A DNA stretch of 32,000 bases from Pelagibacterales bacterium SAG-MED48 (GTDB lineage: Bacteria > Pseudomonadota > Alphaproteobacteria > Pelagibacterales > Pelagibacteraceae): assembly GCA_014653375.1 (NCBI GenBank), contig JACWEP010000005.1:7251-39250 (forward strand), in the 5' to 3' direction. Below the pieces are notes generated by a model, which searched no databases, had not been told where the DNA came from, and worked only from the letters and a program-made list of their open reading frames with translations. A program made the position numbers and the translations under genes. This document shows positions 1-8,102 of this stretch, piece by piece (within the stretch, counting starts at the first letter, position 1; every line of letters begins with the position of its first letter).

Positions 1-217
1 GTGTAACAAATGGATTGAAGTGAGCTCCAGATATATCAGAAAAAACCGTAATAAGTACAAATAGACCTGCACCAGTAGCTATAGTGTTTGCTAATAGCAT
101 GACGGCTACGTCATTTGTAAGATTTTGTGCCATAATACCAGATCCAACAACTATCATTACCAGGAAGCAACTACCTATAAATTCACTGTAAATTATTTTT
201 TTTTTGCTATTTTTCAT
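1..217 (-). CDS. MIP/aquaporin-family channel, N-terminal part only (gene runs off the left edge); candidate arsenic-linked aquaglyceroporin
   Basis: Manual minus-strand translation from ATG at 217-215 gives MKNSKKKIIYSEFIGSCFLVMIVVGSGIMAQNLTNDVAVMLLANTIATGAGLFVLITVFSDISGAHFNPFVT. SGAHxNPxVT is the first NPA-box region of MIP channels, here NPF. The start overlaps the arsC stop by 11 nt. This ORF is absent from the supplied track because it is truncated. Confidence 0.7.
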   Translation of the reverse strand, partial: MKNSKKKIIYSEFIGSCFLVMIVVGSGIMAQNLTNDVAVMLLANTIATGAGLFVLITVFSDISGAHFNPFVT

Positions 218-662
218 AATTTTTGATCCAATCATTAATTCTTGTTTCTAAATTGGAGTAAGTTTTATGTATTTCTATCGAAATTAATTCCTCTTTATTA
301 GGTTTATCACTATTTTCTAAATCATTAATAACATAAACGGGATCCTCAATGTCCCAATGAACTATTTTTTCAGGAGATGGCCAGACTGGACAAACTTCAT
401 CACTAGCATTGTTGCATACAGTAAATACCTGGTCAAATATTGTTTTTTCATCCAAAAATTTATTAAAGTTTTTAGAAGATAGATTTTTTGTATCAAAATT
501 ATTTTCATTTAGATATTTAATGACATATTTATTAATTATTCCAGATGGTTTGCTACCCGCACTGTAACCAATAAATTTATCTTTATGATATTTATTAACT
601 ACACTTTCAGCCAATATGCTTCTATGAGAATTGCCAGTACAAACAAATAAAAGTTTTTTCAT
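207..662 (-). CDS. arsC: Arsenate reductase, low-molecular-weight phosphatase (thioredoxin-coupled) type
   Basis: 151 aa. It has the N-terminal CX5R P-loop FVCTGNSHRS, a downstream Cys pair (VCNNASDEVCP) and a WDIEDP Asp motif typical of LMW-PTP ArsC. It is directly coupled to a MIP channel gene. Confidence 0.75.
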   Translation of the reverse strand: MKKLLFVCTGNSHRSILAESVVNKYHKDKFIGYSAGSKPSGIINKYVIKYLNENNFDTKNLSSKNFNKFLDEKTIFDQVFTVCNNASDEVCPVWPSPEKIVHWDIEDPVYVINDLENSDKPNKEELISIEIHKTYSNLETRINDWIKNYEK

Positions 663-760
663 TTTTAACTTTTATTACTATATATTATTTTTTCTATACT
701 TAATGAGTACTAAATCTAAATTGTAATAAAACTGAAACATTGTTAATTTAAAAGAGTAAA

Positions 761-1312
761 ATGGACATTAAATCAAATATTGTCAATTTATTTAAAATTA
801 TAGAGGAAATTGGATCAAACAAACAATATGGAAATGAAAAAGTTTCACAACTAGAACATGCAATTCAATGTGCATTGTTGGCAAAAAAAAACAATGAAAA
901 CCATTTTTTCATTACTGCAGCTCTATTCCATGATATTGGTCACTTAATTAATAATGACAAAGAAGCCATAAAAAAAGGAATAGATAAAAAGCATGAAAAT
1001 TCAGGATCTTTTTTTCTTTCTAGATTTTTTCCAGAAGATGTTACAAGATTAATTAAAGGACATGTGCCAGCTAAAAGATATTTAGTTTATTATGAAAAAG
1101 GTTACTATGAAACTTTATCTATTGCCTCAAAAAAAAGTTTAGATGTCCAAGGGGGAAGTTTTTCTACAGATGAAGCAAATGATTTTATCAAACAACCTTT
1201 TATGAAAGATGCAGTCAGGTTAAGAAAATATGATGATCTTGCTAAAGTTGAAAATTTAGAAATTCCAAATATAAATTTTTTTTATAAATATGTAGAAAGC
1301 AGCTTTAAATAA
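761..1312 (+). CDS. HD-domain protein with PhnZ/MIOX-like six-ligand pattern (putative phosphonate-associated diiron oxygenase or phosphohydrolase)
   Basis: 183 aa. Residues H33 (QLEHAIQCA), H57-D58 (LFHDIGH), H78, H101 (KGHVPAKRY) and D158 (RKYDDLAK) give the H...HD...H...H...D spacing. The size and QLEHAxQCA motif resemble PhnZ-type HD proteins. It lies next to the phn island. Confidence 0.6.
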   Translation: MDIKSNIVNLFKIIEEIGSNKQYGNEKVSQLEHAIQCALLAKKNNENHFFITAALFHDIGHLINNDKEAIKKGIDKKHENSGSFFLSRFFPEDVTRLIKGHVPAKRYLVYYEKGYYETLSIASKKSLDVQGGSFSTDEANDFIKQPFMKDAVRLRKYDDLAKVENLEIPNINFFYKYVESSFK

Positions 1313-2478
1313 ACTTTTTTTTGTTTAGAAAAATAGCTGTTATGTTCCCAATAATTGCTAAAATAAAAAATAACAAAATAAGCAAATCGTATCCTCCGAT
1401 AATCCATATTAATGAGCCAATCCAGGGGCCTAAAATACTACCAATCATATATTGCAAAGCTAAAATACCATGAACATTACCAAAGTTTTTTTTGACCAAA
1501 AACATCATTTTGAACTAAAGGTTTTAAAATCGCCATACTTCCATATGCTGAGCTATTAAATAAAACAAACAAAAATGCTAAATAATGATTAATATTTATA
1601 AAGTATAAAAATATCATTCCAACTACCATCGAGTAAAAACAAATAACAAATAATTTTAGATTTGATTTATTTCCTCCAAATATCATTACCAAAATTCTTC
1701 CAATTACTTGACCAGGTCCAAACATTGATGCGGTCAGTACAGCTAGTGACAGACTCATTCCTTTTTCCTGTAACATTGGAATTACATGAGTTGTAATAGC
1801 ACCAATATTAAATCCAATAATAAACAATGAAAAACTAAATAACCAAAACCTATAGTCTTTAAGTATTATTTTAAGCTTTGAATTTTGATTGTTTTGTTTT
1901 TCAATATTTTTAAATTCTTTTCGAATTATATTTTTAAAACCAAAATAATTAGCTGGTGAACTAATCAGTATATTTATTATTCCAAAAATAAATACAGTAA
2001 ACCTCCAGTCATATTGTTCTGTTAAATAAGTTGCAGTAGGAAATGTATATGTGCTTGCAAATCCCGCAAACAAAGTAATAATTGCAATAGATGTCTTAGC
2101 CTTTGATTTTAAATTAATAGTAATGACGCTAAAAAGTATCGTGTAAAGACAACCACCAGAGGTTGCACTAACAAGTATCCAAGCAACTAAAAATCCACCA
2201 TATGTATCTACTAATGAAAGATAAATTACACTTAGTCCTAACAGTATAGGGCTGGCCCACATCATTGGAAAACTTAGATTTCTATCTACAATCTTACCTA
2301 GAAAAGGTAAAAGTAAACTATGCACAACTAAGCCTAGAGAATAAATAAAAGTTAAGTTGCTTCTTGAAATACCAAGTTCATTTTCCCAAGTTAACAATAG
2401 TGCTGAAAATAAGTACATGCAGCTGCTGTAACAAAAGGTAACCGATATACCTATTAAAAATGCAGGTAAATATTTCAT
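1305..2478 (-). pseudogene. MFS transporter split by a frameshift in an A8 (T8 on the plus strand) tract
   Basis: ORFs 1477..2478 (333 aa) and 1305..1508 (67 aa) overlap in different frames. Together they make about 400 aa and about 12 TM, with an MFS motif-A-like GKIVDR. The minus-strand sequence GGTCAAAAAAAACTTTGG reads through as ...FGQKNFGNVHGILAL... if one A is removed from the run at 1486-1493. Confidence 0.7.
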
Positions 2479-2532
2479 AAAATTTTTTATTTCTTTAACA
2501 TTTTTTTAACAAACAAGAGTTAAAGAATTATT

Positions 2533-2955
2533 ATGAAAAAAACTTTAATTACATTTATATTTATCTTATCCACAATTTCTTTAACTCAAGCCGACAATCA
2601 TGTCAAAATAACAGAGCAACAAGCTGGTAGTAGTTACTCAGAAAATACCGAGGAAACATTTAAAAATGAAATTGGTAATTGCGAAGATTCTGGTGTACTT
2701 ATGTTAAGAGCCACTGTTAAAAATGATATATCAAGATCAAGTCCTGAAAATGCATCTGAAGCAGAAACATTAATGAAAGAGGGCATGAAGTTGTGTAATG
2801 AAAATAGAGTTTTTGAAGCAAAATTAAAATTAGAAGATGCTAAAATAGCAGCTCGGGCAGGCTTAATCGATGGTGAAGATCCGTCTATAACAAAAGTTGT
2901 TGCTGAGAATAATGAGACATCAAAGGAAGAAAAACCTTGGTGGAAATTCTGGTAA
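2533..2955 (+). CDS. Small secreted/periplasmic protein of unknown function
   Basis: 140 aa. It has a signal-peptide-like N-terminus MKKTLITFIFILSTISLTQA/DNH, two Cys residues and a Trp-rich C-terminal tail KPWWKFW. I recognise no family. Confidence 0.5.
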   Translation: MKKTLITFIFILSTISLTQADNHVKITEQQAGSSYSENTEETFKNEIGNCEDSGVLMLRATVKNDISRSSPENASEAETLMKEGMKLCNENRVFEAKLKLEDAKIAARAGLIDGEDPSITKVVAENNETSKEEKPWWKFW

Positions 2956-3005
2956 GATAAAATTCTAAATTTTTAAATTCATAAATTAAAATTTCTAGAA
3001 AAATA

Positions 3006-3033
3006 TTCTATAAATAATTAAATTTTTATAGAA
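3006..3033 (-). terminator. Weak AT-rich hairpin downstream of phnE2, possible terminator of the phnFCDEE transcript
   Basis: TTCTATAAA (3006-3014) pairs with TTTATAGAA (3025-3033) around a 10-nt loop. On the minus strand the hairpin is followed by TATTTTTC. The stem is almost all A:T, so stability is low. Confidence 0.25.
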
Positions 3034-3061
3034 AATACTTAAAATATTTTTTAAATCTTAT

Positions 3062-4462
3062 TTACCTTACGATTAACTGATCTGATCCAATTAGTATTCT
3101 TCTAAGCCATGCAGATAATCTATCCATAAATATTACAGCAGCTAAAACTAATATTGCCATGTAGGCGACATTTTCAAAATCATTTCCAGTACCTAGTGCA
3201 CCTAAAAATTGTAAACCAATTCCTCCTGCACCCATTGCACCTATAATTACGGCTCCTCTAGTATTTGACTCTAAATAGTATAGGGATTGAGATACAAAAA
3301 TTGGAAGTATTTGAGGAATTATACCAAATCTATGTTGTAGAAATTTGCTAGCCCCTGTAGATTGAACTCCTTCTTGTTGTTTCTTCTCAGTATTTTCAAT
3401 TGCTTCAGAATACAATTTACCTAAAGTACCTGTATCGGTAAAACCAATTGCAAATATTCCAGTAAAGGGTCCTGGACCAAAGGCTCTTAAAAATATTAAA
3501 CTCCAAATTAAAAAATCTATTCCTCTTAAAGTGTCAAATAATCTCCTCAACGTAAATCTTAGAGCTTTAATAGGTGTAACGTTGTACGCCGCAAGAAAGG
3601 ATAGGGGTAGAGCCATCACTGTAGCAAACATTGTTCCTAGCACAGCCATAACTATGGTTTCGAGCATTGCCCACCAAACTCTACCGTGCATGAATGCTTC
3701 ATTGTCTTTAATTTCTGTAAAGAAAAGTTTTAAATTAGACATTTCAGGAACAACTCTTTCTTTAGAAAAAGTCAAACCTAATGCTTCGAAAAAGCTATAT
3801 GGTTCTAACGGACTTGAGAAATCAAACCAAAAATATTTCCATCCTATACTGTAACGATGAATTTCAACTTTTCTTGGATATACTTGAATTCTCTCATACA
3901 AAGTTGGTCTAAATTCAACCCTGTTTTCTGTAATTCTAAAACCCTTTAAATCGTCTTCAGCTAAATCTTCTGAACCAACAAGGTAAGGTTTACCATTAGT
4001 ATTTAATTTTATAGTAAAATCTCTTTCATATTTAGGAAAATTTACAATCTCTACTCTATCTTTGTATAATATTGCTTTACCTTTATTATTAAATTCAACT
4101 ACATTGCCAACATTATCAGAATTTTTGTAAAACCAATCTGGAATTGATTTATCTAGATTGTCTCTTCCATAAACACTTCTATAGCTACCTTCAAAAGCTA
4201 TCTTAATATCACCATGATTTTCCCATTTCATTGTTACATGATCTTTGTGTGCATATGTATCTAAAGCAAACATAGCTGCATTTTGTGGTTTCCATTTTTT
4301 TGGAATATCAACAACGTCCAGAGTAAAAAAACCTACTATTAAATATAATATAATAAGAAAAAAAATTATTTGGCCTTTTAATCTACTCTTCCTGGCCTGT
4401 TTAAATGTGTCAGGAAATAATTTTAGAATATTATCTCTTTCAATTGCTAAACTAGAACTCAT
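3062..4462 (-). CDS. phnE: Phosphonate ABC transporter permease, long form with a large extracytoplasmic insertion after TM1
   Basis: 466 aa. The C-terminal roughly 200 aa is an ABC permease core (EAIENTEKKQQEGVQSTGASKFQ EAA-loop region), paralogous to the neighbouring PhnE. Its ATG overlaps the upstream phnE stop (ATGA at 4459-4462). Confidence 0.85.
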   Translation of the reverse strand: MSSSLAIERDNILKLFPDTFKQARKSRLKGQIIFFLIILYLIVGFFTLDVVDIPKKWKPQNAAMFALDTYAHKDHVTMKWENHGDIKIAFEGSYRSVYGRDNLDKSIPDWFYKNSDNVGNVVEFNNKGKAILYKDRVEIVNFPKYERDFTIKLNTNGKPYLVGSEDLAEDDLKGFRITENRVEFRPTLYERIQVYPRKVEIHRYSIGWKYFWFDFSSPLEPYSFFEALGLTFSKERVVPEMSNLKLFFTEIKDNEAFMHGRVWWAMLETIVMAVLGTMFATVMALPLSFLAAYNVTPIKALRFTLRRLFDTLRGIDFLIWSLIFLRAFGPGPFTGIFAIGFTDTGTLGKLYSEAIENTEKKQQEGVQSTGASKFLQHRFGIIPQILPIFVSQSLYYLESNTRGAVIIGAMGAGGIGLQFLGALGTGNDFENVAYMAILVLAAVIFMDRLSAWLRRILIGSDQLIVR

Positions 4463-5313
4463 TGATTTACTCCAATCAATTTATGTCTCCAATATGCCGA
4501 CAAATAATCTAATGCAATTATTGTACCAACCAGTAAGAACATACACGCCAAAACATCAGCTCCATAATTCCACTGAATTAAAGCTGCTAACAATTCTCCA
4601 ATTCCTCCTGCACCAACAAAACCTAATATAGTAGATTCTCTAACATTAATTTCTAACCTTAATATTCCATAACTTAGAAAAAGAGGGAGTACTTGTGGAA
4701 GAACTGAGAATCTTATCTTTTGTGTCCAAGTTGCACCAACAGAACTTAAACCCTCAATAGGTTTTCCATCACAATTTTCTATAGCTTCCGTGAATAATTT
4801 ACCAAGTGCTCCTGCAGTATGTATTGTTATGGCAATCACTGCTGGTAAAGATGATTTACCCATCAAATATAAAAACACCATTGCTATTATTAATGTTGGA
4901 AATGATCTTGTCACATCCATAAAAAATTTTGTAAATTGAATAACTCTTTTATTTCTTATTAAATTTCTACTAGAGAAGATTGCAAAAATAACTGCCAAAA
5001 CAAATCCGATCGAAGTTGAAAATAATGCAATATTTAAAGTTATAATTAATTCAGGAATGTACTTAATAACTCTTGGCCAATATTTCCATCCCATCTCAAA
5101 TGTATCAACAAATAAATCTCTTGGATAATTAAAAAAATTAGCTATACCTCTACCAAAAGATCCTGCATTTGCCTCTAACGATACCAGGGTACCACCAAAA
5201 AAAACTAATATTAGAATTGCAATTCCCAGTAACGAGGACCTAGTTCTTTGATTTGTTAATTTTTTTAAATTAACTTCAATTTGTTCTAAGTTTGCAGGTA
5301 ATGCTTTTGACAT
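4459..5313 (-). CDS. phnE: Phosphonate ABC transporter permease
   Basis: The track ORF starts at TTG 5337, which lies inside the hairpin. The first ATG at 5313 gives MSKALPANLEQ.... The permease core includes the EAIENCDGKPIEGLSSVGATWTQ EAA loop. Confidence 0.85.
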   Translation of the reverse strand: MSKALPANLEQIEVNLKKLTNQRTRSSLLGIAILILVFFGGTLVSLEANAGSFGRGIANFFNYPRDLFVDTFEMGWKYWPRVIKYIPELIITLNIALFSTSIGFVLAVIFAIFSSRNLIRNKRVIQFTKFFMDVTRSFPTLIIAMVFLYLMGKSSLPAVIAITIHTAGALGKLFTEAIENCDGKPIEGLSSVGATWTQKIRFSVLPQVLPLFLSYGILRLEINVRESTILGFVGAGGIGELLAALIQWNYGADVLACMFLLVGTIIALDYLSAYWRHKLIGVNQ

Positions 5314-5319
5314 AATTTT

Positions 5320-5358
5320 AAAAAAAAACAGAGGCAAAGATTTTAAGTCTTTGCCTCT
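5320..5358 (-). terminator. Rho-independent-terminator-like hairpin between phnD and phnE1 (intra-operon attenuator or mRNA-stabilising element)
   Basis: The 11-bp perfect stem AGAGGCAAAGA (5330-5340) / TCTTTGCCTCT (5348-5358) has 5 G:C pairs and a 7-nt loop. On the minus strand it is followed by G plus a run of nine U (5328-5320), then AAAAUU-AUG of phnE1. Confidence 0.55.
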
Positions 5359-5375
5359 AATTTATAGGGGTTTAA

Positions 5376-6326
5376 TTAATTATTCTTTTGTGCTTCAATT
5401 TTAGCTTTTCTTGCTGCTACAACTGATTCATAGAAAGAATGATCTACAGCTACCCATTTTTTTACAATCCCGTTTGCAACGTTTTCACTACATTTTGGAT
5501 CGTTTTCGTGTATCCATTTTTTCAATCCAATCATTACTTGATGTGCTCTAACAGGTAAAAAAGTAGGCATTACAATTGGACCATTAGGAATTAATTTTGA
5601 AGACCAAATTTGAACAATGTCGTCCATATTTAAAATCCCTTTATCAACCATTTTTCTTAAATTCCCTGATGAATATCCTTCTTCCCAGCTACCAACACCA
5701 GACACCCATGTTACAGCAGCATCAACGTCACCATTCATTAATGCTAATACATTGTTTTCATGTCCTCCAGAAAACTGTGTTTTTGAAAAATATGTATCTG
5801 GATCCATACCCATAGCTTTTAATTCAATTGATGGAATTAAAAAACCTGATGTAGAGTTAGGGTCAGCCCAACCAAATGATTTACCTTTAAGATCTGCCAT
5901 TGATTTAATTCCAGATGCTTTAGTTGCTACTGCTACTGAGTAATAACCCATGTCTCCAGTTGGTTGCATTCTTGTTAATACTGGCACTACAGCAGTTGGA
6001 TCTTTAAGATACATACCTGCATATCCAGAAGAACCAAACCATGTATAATCTAGATTTCCACCTAGCATCGACTCCATTGTTCCAGCATAGTCTTTAAATG
6101 TAAAAAATTTAGCTGGTACACCATAAGCTGCTTCGATATATGGCATGAAACAATCATTTCTAGCGATAATATCTTGAGCTGCTTCGTCACCTAAAAAACC
6201 AACTCTAAATTCCGGTTGGTATTTACTTAAGTCCATTTTTGGACCTGTGTAAGTTACTGCATTAGCCTGAGTTGCAAACAATATCATAGCCAAAAGTGCA
6301 ATAACTCTTGTTAGTTTATTAAACAT
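5376..6326 (-). CDS. phnD: Phosphonate ABC transporter periplasmic substrate-binding protein
   Basis: 316 aa. It has the signal peptide MFNKLTRVIALLAMILFATQANA and a PhnD-like core (YYSVAVATKASGIKSMADLKGKSFGWADPNSTSGFLIP). It lies between phnC and phnE. Confidence 0.85.
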   Translation of the reverse strand: MFNKLTRVIALLAMILFATQANAVTYTGPKMDLSKYQPEFRVGFLGDEAAQDIIARNDCFMPYIEAAYGVPAKFFTFKDYAGTMESMLGGNLDYTWFGSSGYAGMYLKDPTAVVPVLTRMQPTGDMGYYSVAVATKASGIKSMADLKGKSFGWADPNSTSGFLIPSIELKAMGMDPDTYFSKTQFSGGHENNVLALMNGDVDAAVTWVSGVGSWEEGYSSGNLRKMVDKGILNMDDIVQIWSSKLIPNGPIVMPTFLPVRAHQVMIGLKKWIHENDPKCSENVANGIVKKWVAVDHSFYESVVAARKAKIEAQKNN

Positions 6327-6331
6327 AATTA

Positions 6332-6338
6332 TCTCCTT
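6332..6338 (-). promoter_or_regulatory. Strong Shine-Dalgarno for phnD
   Basis: The minus strand reads AAGGAGA, then 5 nt, then the ATG at 6326. Most neighbouring genes have no comparable SD. Confidence 0.5.
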
Positions 6339-6386
6339 TTTTTATTTCTAGTCTAACGACTTATTTGTACCGATGAGTTATTGACC

Positions 6387-7211
6387 TCATGCAGTTGCAA
6401 ATTCTTTTTTCAACATCCCTTTTAAATTATTTTTTGTTTTAAGCTCAGTTGATGTTACTTGTGGCTCAAAAGCTTCATCTGCTTCTGCTCCATAAATTTC
6501 TCTTGCAAGTTTATCTGACAATTTTTCTGGTAAATCATCAAAGACAATTGCACCATCTTTCATACCAATAATTCTGTCACAGTAAGTTTTTGCTGTATCT
6601 AGAGTATGAAGATTTGAAATGACGGTTAAATTTTTTTCATCATGAATTTTTCTTAATGACTCCATAACCATCCTAGCATTCATTGGGTCTAAAGATGCTA
6701 TAGGTTCATCTGCTAAAATCATTTTAGGATTTTGCATTAATGCTCTGCATATAGCCACACGTTGCTGTTGACCTCCAGATAATGTTTCTGCTCTTTGAAG
6801 AGCAGTGTTAGCCATACCTAAGTTGTTAAGTAAAATCAAAGCATCAGCTCTTTCATCACGAGAAAATATTTTTAAAGATGCCCTAAATGAACCTTGATAA
6901 TTTAATCTACCTAAAATGACATTTGTTAATACATCAAGTCTTGGCACTAAGTTAAATTGTTGAAAAATCATTGCACAATTTCTCTGCCAAGATCTTTTTT
7001 CTTTGCTTTTAAGTTCTAATATATTTTGACCATCGACTTCTATTTTTCCATCTGTTGCATCTGTTAGTCTATTAATGATTCTTAGAAGAGTAGATTTACC
7101 TGCACCTGATCTTCCAATAATTCCTATCATTTGAGGTTTATTGACCTTAAATGAGACATTTTTTACGGCATGGTTATTGCCAAAATATTTATTTACATTA
7201 TTTATGAGCAT
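6387..7211 (-). CDS. phnC: Phosphonate ABC transporter ATP-binding protein
   Basis: 274 aa. It has Walker [10 protein letters not shown], the signature [11 protein letters not shown] and Walker B ILADEP. It is the first transporter gene, upstream of phnD. Confidence 0.9.
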   Translation of the reverse strand: MLINNVNKYFGNNHAVKNVSFKVNKPQMIGIIGRSGAGKSTLLRIINRLTDATDGKIEVDGQNILELKSKEKRSWQRNCAMIFQQFNLVPRLDVLTNVILGRLNYQGSFRASLKIFSRDERADALILLNNLGMANTALQRAETLSGGQQQRVAICRALMQNPKMILADEPIASLDPMNARMVMESLRKIHDEKNLTVISNLHTLDTAKTYCDRIIGMKDGAIVFDDLPEKLSDKLAREIYGAEADEAFEPQVTSTELKTKNNLKGMLKKEFATA

Positions 7212-7329
7212 GCAATTTTATGCACCTCAATTCTTTAGGAAATGTTAAAACTTTATTAATAAAATTTATAAGTTTTGTTTAATTATTGTTAAAAATAAAC
7301 TACAGGTAGAAAATACAGTATTTATTACT

Positions 7330-8040
7330 CTAAACTTTAACAAGTATCTGAATTTTAGACCCATCAAAATAACTTTCACTTAGCTCTATTGGGGTTTTAT
7401 TAAAGTCAACATTAATAGATGTCGTTTTTATTAAAGGTTTTCCAACATCAATATTTAAAAGATTTGATTTTATTTTGTCTGAAATTTCAGCGCTTATTAA
7501 CGTTTTAGATCTTATTATTTTTTTAACATTTAATAAATTAAAGGCTTTAGTTACAGACTGTTTTTTAACAAAATGATTAATAAATTTTGGAAATCTATCA
7601 TGGGGTATTGATCTAAATGTTATTACAGAAGGAGAATTATTTATATATCCTATACTATTTATTCTAGTGACTTTTTCTTTTTTATTTAAATTCAATTCTT
7701 TTTTCTCAAATAGATTACATTCTGCAATATCAAAACTTTTGATTTCAATTCGCACTGATTTGTTCTCTTCAAGAATATTTTCAGTAAAACGAACATTTTT
7801 GCTTATTGAATAATTAATTTTTGATGTTTTTACAAAAACACCTAAACCTCTTTTTGAATATATTAAATTATCATTTTTAAGTTCTTTAAAAGCTCTTCTT
7901 ATAGTGTGTCTATTAACATTGAACTGTTTTGCATACTCACCCTCGGAATCTAATTTTTTATTAATTTTGTACTTATTTAAAACAATTTCTCTTTTAATTG
8001 AATTGTATATTTCTTTCCAAAGCAAATCCTTTGATGTCAT
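7330..8040 (-). CDS. phnF: GntR/HutC-family transcriptional regulator of phosphonate utilisation
   Basis: 236 aa. The N-terminal winged HTH EYAKQFNVNRHTIRRAFKELKNDNLIYSKRGLGVFV closely resembles E. coli PhnF (FEVNRHTLRRAIDQL). A UTRA-size C-terminal domain follows. It is divergent from phnG. Confidence 0.85.
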   Translation of the reverse strand: MTSKDLLWKEIYNSIKREIVLNKYKINKKLDSEGEYAKQFNVNRHTIRRAFKELKNDNLIYSKRGLGVFVKTSKINYSISKNVRFTENILEENKSVRIEIKSFDIAECNLFEKKELNLNKKEKVTRINSIGYINNSPSVITFRSIPHDRFPKFINHFVKKQSVTKAFNLLNVKKIIRSKTLISAEISDKIKSNLLNIDVGKPLIKTTSINVDFNKTPIELSESYFDGSKIQILVKV

Positions 8041-8086
8041 AAAATTTTAATAAATAATCTATTGAAATTTTTTTCAATTTAGTTAC

Positions 8087-8102
8087 TTGTCTAGTTGTAT
8101 AG
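8087..8102. promoter_or_regulatory. Tandem 8-bp direct repeat TTGTCTAG-TTGTATAG, candidate PhnF (HutC-type) operator just upstream of phnG
   Basis: Seen directly at 8087-8094 and 8095-8102. HutC-subfamily operators are built on a GTnTAnAC-like core. The site sits in the phnF/phnG divergent region, 5 nt before the phnG ATG. Confidence 0.3.

Noticed and set aside
1477-1508. Programmed ribosomal frameshifting as the explanation for the split MFS gene
   Set aside because: The downstream frame is +1 (or -2) relative to the upstream frame, which is not the -1 shift favoured by A-rich slippery heptamers. I saw no downstream stimulatory structure. An indel or transcriptional slippage is more parsimonious, and that reading is kept as a finding.
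3531-4631. Plus-strand ORFs 3531..3854 and 4245..4631
   Set aside because: They lie entirely antisense to the well-supported phnE2/phnE1 coding regions. Their translations are low-complexity with no recognisable motifs, as expected for shadow ORFs.
5314-5337. TTG start of phnE1 at 5337 in the ORF track
   Set aside because: That codon lies inside the 11-bp terminator-like stem. The first ATG (5313), just after the U-tract, is the more plausible start.
5597-5943. Plus-strand ORFs 5597..5815 and 5617..5943
   Set aside because: They are antisense to phnD, which has a signal peptide and family motifs. They have no start context or motifs of their own.
7301-7318. Possible Pho box upstream of phnC: on the minus strand, CTGTA repeated in TACTGTATTTTCTACCTGTAG
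   Set aside because: The two CTGTA units start 13 nt apart rather than the canonical 11. The 7-bp repeats do not match each other beyond the pentamer. The site also lies directly against the phnF stop. This is too weak to call without a lineage-specific PhoB motif.
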